In this document: positions 8,116-15,320 of the stretch, piece by piece | Layout: each line of letters opens with the position of its first letter | How positions within the stretch are numbered: position 1 is the stretch's first letter | DNA from: Thermoproteota archaeon | GTDB taxonomy: Archaea; Thermoproteota; Methanomethylicia; Culexarchaeales; Culexmicrobiaceae | Assembly (NCBI GenBank): GCA_003649155.1 | Contig: QMRA01000001.1 | Span: 1 to 24,140 of the forward strand | Direction of reading: 5' to 3' | DNA: 24,140 bases | The notes under the pieces: generated by a model | Told to the model about the DNA's origin: nothing | Databases searched by the model: none | What the model saw: the letters and a program-made list of their open reading frames with translations, nothing else | Program-made: the position numbers and the translations under genes

Positions 8116-8733
8116 AATTTCAAATGCAAGTTTCTCACTTAAATCAGGATGACATGCACCTTCCCGCGTAAAGGATAGGAGTTCTGGTTTCAACTGGCAA
8201 AGCTTCTCCTTTCTAACCCAGAAGATCGCATCAGATATTTTTGCGACTACGTCTGGAAAGTAGGGTAGAAGAAGCCACTTCCCCATAATGTTAGTACACT
8301 TGACTGGTGATACTATAATTAGCCGCTCAACCCCATACGCGAATGCTATAGTCGATAGAACTTTGAACTCACTTAAGAGAAGTCTAGATATTGCAGCTCG
8401 CTTAGCTCTAAGCTCAAATCTCCTCACTATTGGCGGAAAGTGAAATTGCATTGAAGTATACTGCTGAAGAGCTGTGTAGAATATGCATTTCACATCTGAG
8501 CATATGCTTGATAAGCTGCGAATACATTTTGATAAAGAGCCGCTAACTTCGAGGATGAATACATCCTCATCAAGGTCGGTGAGAAGCGGCATGTCAACTA
8601 TAAGTAAGCTAGGCTTCCACTTGCAAGCCAAAGCACTAATAACCCTTTCAAGCTTCAATCCAAACAGCGTAACTACTTTCCAGCCATTCGACTCTATACG
8701 CGACTTCAAAGCGTTAATAGTCCAAGAAGTCAT
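8086..8733 (-). CDS. Hypothetical protein; putative catalytically dead RecA/Rad51-fold paralog
   Basis: The order of elements mirrors the RecA core (see findings) but there is no Walker A or B. Overlaps the SWIM gene by 20 nt and pflX convergently by 30 nt. Confidence 0.5.
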   Translation of the reverse strand: MTSWTINALKSRIESNGWKVVTLFGLKLERVISALACKWKPSLLIVDMPLLTDLDEDVFILEVSGSLSKCIRSLSSICSDVKCIFYTALQQYTSMQFHFPPIVRRFELRAKRAAISRLLLSEFKVLSTIAFAYGVERLIIVSPVKCTNIMGKWLLLPYFPDVVAKISDAIFWVRKEKLCQLKPELLSFTREGACHPDLSEKLAFEILRNWSVAYS

Positions 8734-9109
8734 CCATGCTCTTCTCCTTAATCATCCTCCACAGAATCACACTTCCAACATGCGTGCATATCCTCTTCAT
8801 TCGAATAGCGGCGAATAGCTTCTTAGGGTCATAGCAGGTGCAGCTGTACACCTTGTCTTTAGGGTGAAAGGTAACTACGTAGAAGGCTTCACAATCTCCT
8901 AAACTCCCTCTCCCCCTTACAATCCACATGTTTGGTTTAGGTGTAGAGTAGACGTCGACGAGCCTCAACTTGCATCGGTAAAACCAGGAGTATGGCTTGC
9001 CGCTGAACTTCACCTTGAACTTCTCGAAGGCGCGTTCAAGCTGGTCTGCTGAAACTCCTAACTTGACTAGTACAGTGAGCCTCTTGATGTCTCTACGTCT
9101 AGAGGACAT
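8714..9109 (-). CDS. Standalone SWIM zinc-finger protein
   Basis: YSCTC-x15-CTH (CxC...CxH) preceded by WIVRG...FYVVTF beta strands. Overlaps the radA-like stop by 11 nt. Confidence 0.82.
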   Translation of the reverse strand: MSSRRRDIKRLTVLVKLGVSADQLERAFEKFKVKFSGKPYSWFYRCKLRLVDVYSTPKPNMWIVRGRGSLGDCEAFYVVTFHPKDKVYSCTCYDPKKLFAAIRMKRICTHVGSVILWRMIKEKSMDDFLDY

Positions 9110-10082
9110 CCACTAAGCCCTTCTCCGAAATTCCAAATGTTGCAGATGATCCTCTCTGCAGGTAGGGGCTATCCTCAACGAGCATCCTCCTAACTAGAAT
9201 TCCCTGACGCTTAGAGTGTTGAGGCGCCATGAATAACCTGTGAGTAGTGCCGTGAGCAACTACATGGCCTCCAGCTGCAGTAACTCCACCGCCAGCTACT
9301 GGCTTAGCAACCACGTGGTTAGTTACGATGACGTAGACGTTGTACATCATAGCTACTCTCAAGAGGAAATTTAGCATGTAGTTGAGCGTCTGCTGCCTGG
9401 CAACCAGCATCTCCCTACCCCTATACTCGGCGCGGACGTGAGAGATCAAGCTGTCAACAACGGCTAGCTTGACGCCCTCCTCCTCAATGTACTTAGGGAG
9501 AATAGTCCTTATGCAGTCTATTTGCTCGTCCACATTCATGGGCTGGAAAACAAGTACACCGGACAGAGGGTCTTCAATATTGAAGCGCTCTCCAATTTTC
9601 GCTATTCTACTCTCAGAAAAGGTGCCTTCAGTATCTATGTAGAAAGCCTTTCCACCAACACCACCTCTATTCACTGTCAATTGGACGGTGGTTGAGAGCT
9701 GGAAGCAGAGTTGAGATTTACCAGTTCCATACTCACCAACAACTTCGTAGATGCACCTGGGCTCGAGGCCTCCCTCCAATAGCTGGTCAATAGACTTTAC
9801 GCCAGTGGTTAGTCTTGGGAGCTCACTGCGCATTGAAGCGTACTCAGAGGCTCTAAGGACTTTCTGCGGCCTAAAAGCTCGCCTCACTCTCATTAAAGCT
9901 CTATTTATCCTCGAGTAATCGTCTACGTCGACGTACATTAGCAGCTCGTCCAGCCCATACAAGGCTAGCTGCCTTGGAGTTAGGATTCCAGCTTTCCTCA
10001 GCTTCTCAGCAGTTGCAGGTCCAACTCCAGGGATGTCTTCAAGCTCCTTAAAAACCTCATTCTCAAAATCCTCCACCTTCAA
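9099..10082 (-). CDS. radA: Divergent full-length RadA/Rad51-family recombinase (probable paralog)
   Basis: N-terminal HhH (IPGVGPATAEKL), LTTG..SIDQLLEGG, Walker A GEYGTGKS, YIDTEGTF, Walker B VVDS, L1 RAEYRGREMLVARQQ, GGHVVAH. Start is TTG 10082 or GTG 10076 after GGAGGTGA. Confidence 0.88.
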   Translation of the reverse strand: MKVEDFENEVFKELEDIPGVGPATAEKLRKAGILTPRQLALYGLDELLMYVDVDDYSRINRALMRVRRAFRPQKVLRASEYASMRSELPRLTTGVKSIDQLLEGGLEPRCIYEVVGEYGTGKSQLCFQLSTTVQLTVNRGGVGGKAFYIDTEGTFSESRIAKIGERFNIEDPLSGVLVFQPMNVDEQIDCIRTILPKYIEEEGVKLAVVDSLISHVRAEYRGREMLVARQQTLNYMLNFLLRVAMMYNVYVIVTNHVVAKPVAGGGVTAAGGHVVAHGTTHRLFMAPQHSKRQGILVRRMLVEDSPYLQRGSSATFGISEKGLVDVL

Positions 10083-10419
10083 TCACCTCCAAAAACAGCT
10101 TTTTCAAGTAGTTAAGGTGAAGAATGACCTTGTCAAGCTCAAAAACTAAATCGCGTGGGGTAAGTTGAGGAGAAGTAGAGGTGAGGTCTCTAAGCGCTTG
10201 GATTAGTGAATTTACCTTCCCCCTATCATAATACTCCTCGAAGAGAAGCTTACCCTCACTTCTACCTGCGTCAGAGCGCTTAGGCATGAGAATTAACTCT
10301 CTCCTTACATTTCCACTCCTAGTCAATCTGTAATTTGCAATTACGAGGCCCTTTGAAGAGGCTAGGACAACGTAGCTGAAGCCTCTCCCATCTCTATGCC
10401 ATCTAATCCAGCTACTCAT
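10063..10419 (-). CDS. Small basic/aromatic hypothetical protein (about 118 aa)
   Basis: ATG at 10419 follows GGTGATGGTG and overlaps the upstream stop (track start 10449). The 3' end overlaps radA. No family recognised. Confidence 0.6.
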   Translation of the reverse strand: MSSWIRWHRDGRGFSYVVLASSKGLVIANYRLTRSGNVRRELILMPKRSDAGRSEGKLLFEEYYDRGKVNSLIQALRDLTSTSPQLTPRDLVFELDKVILHLNYLKKLFLEVIEGGGF

Positions 10420-11755
10420 CACCATCACCCCTATAGCTTGAGTACTCATTTAGCGCTGCAATGCCGGAGGGCGTTATTCTCAAGTAGTACTTGCCATCTC
10501 TCCCAACGACATCTGCAATGAAGCCATACGCTGAAAGCACACTGATTATGCGCTGTGCTACTTCGCTACTTAGCCCTAAGACTCCTACAGCATACCCCAT
10601 GAGGGTGTCGCGGTCTGCAGCTCCTTGAAGTAGGAATGACAGTATCTGCGCAGCAGGGTCTGCTAATCCTCTAAACATTTTGTGAAGGGCAGACTCCACC
10701 TTAGGCTTAGTTGGCTTGATGACGTCCTCAACTGGAATCCTCACCTCAGGCAGTTCTTTAAATTTGAGCTCTGCAATACTAACTCTACCACCATAGAATA
10801 CGAGGAAAGCACTACTTGGAATGTAATTTACGTGCTCCAGTCGGAAGTCGGCAAGCGGGAGAAGAGCTGATAGAGCATTAAATTCCTCTTTAGAGCGTGG
10901 AGGCGATGAAAAGGCGCAATTGAGGCTAAGTCTAGCTCTGAATGCAAGTAGCATAGGGCTTCTGCAAGATAAGATTATAGCAGGATTCCTCGACCGCTTC
11001 AAAATATCTAAGATGAAGAGGGTTCTCTCAAAGGCTACAGCATACTCCTCTCTTAAAGCTCTCATTAGGCCCGGCATTAGTAGATCTGACTCCTCCAAAA
11101 CTAGTTTTACGTCGCTCCTCTCGGAAAAATTCAGGAAGAGGAGGATTGAAGCTAAAACTCTAAATTCTCTAGGTAGGTGGTGGAGATCTACTATTAGGAG
11201 AGAATTACCTACATCATCTAGCCCCAGGAATCCACTAAATGATGATCCAATTCTACCCCAAGTTAAATTGTCTAGAAGCCTTAGAAGCCTGAAGCTGTAC
11301 GGCCTAGTGGATGCTATTTGCGATTGCGATTCAATTTCAAGTATAACATCCTCAACACTAGGCTCATAAACACCTCTAGCTACGAAACGAGCTAGAGCTT
11401 GCTGCAAAATTCTAGCAGAAACTTCACTTATGTGGAAGCTCAACTTGAAAGCTTCAGAAATTTCAAAAGCTCGAATATAAGGGTCAAACCAAGATAGGTT
11501 GAAGGGAGAAATAGAGGCGTTAAAGCCGAGGCGAACTAATTTACAATCCCTGCATAATGAGCAGAGGGCAGAATACTCTCCAAAGCCGTCGATAACTATG
11601 GTCTTCTCCCAGCCCAAGGCGTCCAAAATAGATGCATTAATTTTAACTCGCTCACTAATCGGCCCAAAAGTGCCTAAAAGGCACTTGGCCACGCGAAGAC
11701 TTGAAAGTATAGACGCTAAATTTACGATCCCAAGCATTCTAGGAACAACTACCAT
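10412..11755 (-). CDS. Degenerate HerA/VirB4/FtsK-fold ATPase-like protein with C-terminal winged helix
   Basis: VIDGFGEY, SISPF, LLIVDLHHL, LVLEESD, AIILSCRSP occur in HerA-like order, and the Walker A position reads GTFGPISE. The C-terminus is wHTH-like (AQILSFL...AQRIISVLSAYGFI...YYLRITPSG). Strong GGAGGTTGGTGA RBS. Confidence 0.6.
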   Translation of the reverse strand: MVVVPRMLGIVNLASILSSLRVAKCLLGTFGPISERVKINASILDALGWEKTIVIDGFGEYSALCSLCRDCKLVRLGFNASISPFNLSWFDPYIRAFEISEAFKLSFHISEVSARILQQALARFVARGVYEPSVEDVILEIESQSQIASTRPYSFRLLRLLDNLTWGRIGSSFSGFLGLDDVGNSLLIVDLHHLPREFRVLASILLFLNFSERSDVKLVLEESDLLMPGLMRALREEYAVAFERTLFILDILKRSRNPAIILSCRSPMLLAFRARLSLNCAFSSPPRSKEEFNALSALLPLADFRLEHVNYIPSSAFLVFYGGRVSIAELKFKELPEVRIPVEDVIKPTKPKVESALHKMFRGLADPAAQILSFLLQGAADRDTLMGYAVGVLGLSSEVAQRIISVLSAYGFIADVVGRDGKYYLRITPSGIAALNEYSSYRGDGDE

Positions 11756-12158
11756 GAATCACCAACCTCCAAATGCAAATGGCCTTCATTAGAATGGATG
11801 TTAAGAGGAGGAGAATTGCGGAGTTAATGGAGCATTTCAAATAGGATATGAAGGTTAAAGCGTCAACTAGAAATGATAAGGTTAGGATGGACTTCGCGCG
11901 CTTAACTACTCTCGAAGAAGGTAGGCAGATAGACTTAATATTGTAGAGGCTTTTCAATTCGCGAGATGGAAGTATAAATTCACCATCCCTAAGAGCATAA
12001 TTGCCTGCTAGAAGCTCATTTAGAGCAGCATCTAATCCTTCACTTGAAATGATCATTGCTGGAATCTTTCCTCTTAAAACTAGAGCTAAAGATAGAGATT
12101 CAACATCACCTTTTCGCTCAAAAACACTATCAATTCGCATCTTATTTTGGGAAATCAT
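11739..12158 (-). CDS. Hypothetical protein (139 aa)
   Basis: ATGA overlap with the upstream gene and 17-nt overlap with the downstream gene place it inside the operon. No family recognised. Confidence 0.5.
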   Translation of the reverse strand: MISQNKMRIDSVFERKGDVESLSLALVLRGKIPAMIISSEGLDAALNELLAGNYALRDGEFILPSRELKSLYNIKSICLPSSRVVKRAKSILTLSFLVDALTFISYLKCSINSAILLLLTSILMKAICIWRLVIHGSCS

Positions 12159-12739
12159 AGCTCAACACCCCAAAAGCTCGCTGTTAATAATGCGCTGACC
12201 AGCTCTTCGCCTTTCAGAATCTTAACTTCACTAGCAGGTATCGATGTAGCCAGAGAATTTAGAATTCCAGATATTATTGAAACTGCCTCATCCTTACTTC
12301 GAATAGATGAGGAAATCCGTGGACAAAGTAGGTAAAAGTCTCCACGAGACTTATTCCTAATAAAAATGAAGGAATAATCTGCAGGAATGCTCTGCAAAAT
12401 CTTCTTGAAAAGCTCTTCATCCCTAATTTCACGGAAAGCAAGAGCTCCAGAGACTGAGAATCCACCTAAACCTGATGAGCAGAGAGCTACGCAGCCCAGT
12501 ACGCCGAGTTTAATATTGACATCAAATATTGTTTTTGAAAAATTGCTGACTTTTAACTTCTCAATAATCACAGTCTTTTTAACAATGCATTTATTTTTCT
12601 TGTTTTTGCTGTTTTTTAATTTTTTAATTAAGTAGATTATTAGAAATGATGGGATAAGTATGAAGGTAAGGATGTGAAAGTTGGCTGCGAGCAGGAGGAG
12701 AGATAGTAGTAATGTGATCAAGCTGAGCAAGTCGACCAC
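12155..12739 (-). CDS. Membrane protein with N-terminal hydrophobic segment(s), Lys/Asn-rich linker and soluble alpha/beta domain
   Basis: About 35 hydrophobic N-terminal residues followed by KKLKNSKNKKNK. First gene of the minus-strand operon. Confidence 0.62.
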   Translation of the reverse strand: MVDLLSLITLLLSLLLLAANFHILTFILIPSFLIIYLIKKLKNSKNKKNKCIVKKTVIIEKLKVSNFSKTIFDVNIKLGVLGCVALCSSGLGGFSVSGALAFREIRDEELFKKILQSIPADYSFIFIRNKSRGDFYLLCPRISSSIRSKDEAVSIISGILNSLATSIPASEVKILKGEELVSALLTASFWGVEL

Positions 12740-12866
12740 CGGTTTAAGGTGGAACGTGGAGGAAGTTAAGCATGTTTTAGATGTCCGGCGAACAGCTTAC
12801 ATTCGATGAGTGGCGAATAATTAATTGCTAGGTGGGGTTGAGTTATTTGATGAAGTTGGTGGAACA

Positions 12867-13523
12867 TTGAGTAACAGTGTAGAGTTGAAAGCTGAGGAGC
12901 TGAAGGTTTTAGCTGACAAAACTAGGTTGAGAATACTTGTATTGCTTAAGGAGAGAGGAGAGCTTGGCTTAAATGATATTTCAAATTTGACTGGTAAAGC
13001 CAAGTCCACGATTTCAGATCACTTGAAGCTCTTGCTCAAGGCCGGGTTTATAGAGAGGAAGGAGGCGGATAGGGGGTTTCTATACTTTTTAACTGAGAAG
13101 GGTGCGAGTGTTCTTCCGCTGATTGAAGATAAGCCTTATACAGTTAGGGTTGAAGAAGAAGCAGCCTCCTCCAGCTTCATGGTTAACATTGAGTTGTGGC
13201 TTGAGAGGATTGGCAGGGGTAGAAGACATGTGGTACCTTCAGTTTTACTGGGCTTGTCAATGATCATTCTTGGGTACATGCCGTTATCAGCGGTGGTAAC
13301 GTCATTAGCTCTAGGAGCAATTTTAGGATTGCTGGATGCGAATGCCCGCGAATTTGCTGAAAGCTCAGCATTATATGCAGTTTTCACTGCAATTTCAGCC
13401 ATCTTGAGGGAGTGGAGTTTAGCTATGATACTCACCGTCCTACCTTCACTTGCAATCTTCATTTTAATTGGAGGAATTGCGTGGATAGGGGTTAAACTCA
13501 TAATGCAGAAGTGGATAAGGTAG
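12867..13523 (+). CDS. ArsR-type winged-helix transcriptional regulator fused to a C-terminal multi-TM domain
   Basis: LKVLADKTRLRILVLL, ISNLTGKAKSTISDHLKLLLKAGFIE, YFLTEKG, then 3-4 hydrophobic helices. The track start is 12825; TTG 12867 follows GGTGGA. Confidence 0.82.
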   Translation: MSNSVELKAEELKVLADKTRLRILVLLKERGELGLNDISNLTGKAKSTISDHLKLLLKAGFIERKEADRGFLYFLTEKGASVLPLIEDKPYTVRVEEEAASSSFMVNIELWLERIGRGRRHVVPSVLLGLSMIILGYMPLSAVVTSLALGAILGLLDANAREFAESSALYAVFTAISAILREWSLAMILTVLPSLAIFILIGGIAWIGVKLIMQKWIR

Positions 13524-13536
13524 TGTGGGGTAGAAA

Positions 13537-13734
13537 TTGGCTAGAGTATGCCCAGAATGTGGTGGAGAAATGATCTTTGACAGAAGCAGGTACGCTTACG
13601 TCTGTAGGACTTGCGGCTTAACCCTCACTAGGTTCGAGCTGGATAAGTATAGGGATCGGAGAACTTCTAAGAGAGAAGATGAAGATTCTTGGAAGAAAGA
13701 GTACTTGAAGTGGTGGTTAAGCTCTAAGAAGTAA
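13537..13734 (+). CDS. Small zinc-ribbon protein (TFIIB-type CxxC...CxxC)
   Basis: CPECGG...YVCRTCG with a C-terminal EYLKWWLSSKK, resembling a small conserved crenarchaeal family. Confidence 0.75.
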   Translation: MARVCPECGGEMIFDRSRYAYVCRTCGLTLTRFELDKYRDRRTSKREDEDSWKKEYLKWWLSSKK

Positions 13735-13745
13735 GGCGAAGAGTA

Positions 13746-14525
13746 TTGACGCAGAGCCTTAAGATAGTTGAGATCATAAATATTGGTGAAGAGCTGCTTA
13801 TAGGCAGGATAGTTAACACAAATGCTTCTTGGCTAGCTAAGAAGATAACTGCACTTGGAGGTAGGGTTAGGCGAATAACAATTGTCGGCGACGATCTGAA
13901 TGAAATAGCTTCAGCTATAATTGAGGCGGTGAATAGAAAGCCAGACATTATAATAACCACTGGAGGGCTCGGGCCGACGTTCGACGACAAGACTATGGAG
14001 GCATTAGCAAAGGCTATTGGAAAGCCCTTAAAAATCACTTCTGAATCCTTAGCAGCTTTAAAGAAAGCCTGCAAGAGGAGAGGAGTCCCACTAGATGAAA
14101 AGCGAATGAAAATGGCATACATACCTGAAGGAGGAGAAGTTCTTCCAAATCCTGTAGGATTAGCTCCTGGAGTGATGGTAAATTATGAAGGTGTGACTAT
14201 TGTCGCCCTTCCAGGAGTGCCGGATGAAATGAAGAGTATGTTTGAAAGAAGTTTAGCAAGCAGGTTTTTAGGTAGAGGATTCGTCGAAGCTGAACTACTT
14301 GTTGAAGACATATATGAGGCAGATTTATCCCCCATCCTGGATAAGATAATAAAGCTGTTTCCTAAAGTATACGTAAAATCTCACCCTCAAATGAGATGTG
14401 GAAAGCCTGTAATAACCCTACACCTATATGGCCGAGATGTTACTAGCCTAGAATTGGATAAAGTTTGTGAAGAAGTTATGAATATGATTTCAAGCTTAGG
14501 TGGAAAGATAAGTCGAGTTAAGTAG
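13746..14525 (+). CDS. cinA: CinA N-terminal / molybdopterin-binding-domain protein (COG1058-like pyrophosphatase), without the NMN-deamidase C-domain
   Basis: IGEELLIGRIVNTNASWLA, VGDD, TTGGLGPTFDDKT, NPVGLAPG, LPGVPDEM. Confidence 0.88.
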   Translation: MTQSLKIVEIINIGEELLIGRIVNTNASWLAKKITALGGRVRRITIVGDDLNEIASAIIEAVNRKPDIIITTGGLGPTFDDKTMEALAKAIGKPLKITSESLAALKKACKRRGVPLDEKRMKMAYIPEGGEVLPNPVGLAPGVMVNYEGVTIVALPGVPDEMKSMFERSLASRFLGRGFVEAELLVEDIYEADLSPILDKIIKLFPKVYVKSHPQMRCGKPVITLHLYGRDVTSLELDKVCEEVMNMISSLGGKISRVK

Positions 14526-14535
14526 GTGAAAGCTT

Positions 14536-15279
14536 ATGCTCTCAATAATGGTTATTGGAACAGCAGGATCTGGGAAGAGCGCTCTAACAGCAGCCTTCTC
14601 AGACTGGCTGAAGAACCAGGAAAAGGAAGTTGGGACACTTAATTTAGATCCCGGCGTTAAGTGGCTACCCTACTCCCCAGATGTTGACATTAGAGAGTAC
14701 ATAAGCATTGACGAAGTGATGGAGAAGTACGGATTGGGACCTAATGGAGCACTCATCGCATGTGTAGATATGATGGCAAACTACATTCAAGAAGTGAGGA
14801 ATGAAATCCGCGACTTAGCTATAGACTACCTCATCATCGACACGCCGGGGCAAATGGAGCTCTTCGCATTCAGAACCTCAGGGCCATTCATAACTGCTAA
14901 AATTGGCGGTGAAAACCTAATTATCCTATGCCTCTTAGACTCGATGTTCACCAAAAACCCAAGCGACTTTGTGTCAATCCTCCTACTAGCAACCTCAGTC
15001 CAGTATAGGTTCTTAAAGCCGCAGATAAACGTGATTTCAAAGGCAGACATGCTGTCAATTGAAGACAAGATGCGCATAGAGAACTGGATTGAAAATCCAG
15101 ACGAGCTGAGAATGGCAGTAATGGATGAGAGGCATGTCATGCAGAGAGAGCTCAGCAAGAGGATAAGCGAGGCAATAAGCTCAGAGCTCCTGGCAGACCT
15201 CGTATTCACTTCAGCATCAACGTGGGAGGGATTTGACAATCTATACGCCCTAATACAGAGAATAGCGGGAGAAGTCTAG
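14536..15279 (+). CDS. GPN-loop GTPase
   Basis: GTAGSGKS, NLDPG, GLGPNGA (GPN loop), DTPGQMELF, ISKAD. Confidence 0.95.
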   Translation: MLSIMVIGTAGSGKSALTAAFSDWLKNQEKEVGTLNLDPGVKWLPYSPDVDIREYISIDEVMEKYGLGPNGALIACVDMMANYIQEVRNEIRDLAIDYLIIDTPGQMELFAFRTSGPFITAKIGGENLIILCLLDSMFTKNPSDFVSILLLATSVQYRFLKPQINVISKADMLSIEDKMRIENWIENPDELRMAVMDERHVMQRELSKRISEAISSELLADLVFTSASTWEGFDNLYALIQRIAGEV

Positions 15280-15320
15280 AGGTAACGGAAGAGTATTTTA
15301 ATTAGATAGGGAAAAGCTGA

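Noticed and set aside
10682-12635. Plus-strand ORFs opposite the operon (10682, 10920, 11499, 12001, 12147, 12274, 12387)
   Set aside because: Shadow frames with no motifs; the minus-strand ORFs have RBSs and coupled overlaps.
8086-12739. Operon as an integrated mobile element or provirus
   Set aside because: No integrase, tRNA target, terminal direct or inverted repeats, or capsid/replication genes seen. Not fully excluded without comparative genomics.
13746-14525. cinA near a recA-family gene as a bacterial-style cinA-recA competence operon
   Set aside because: Opposite strand, about 3.7 kb away with intervening genes, and embedded in a housekeeping block; probably coincidental.
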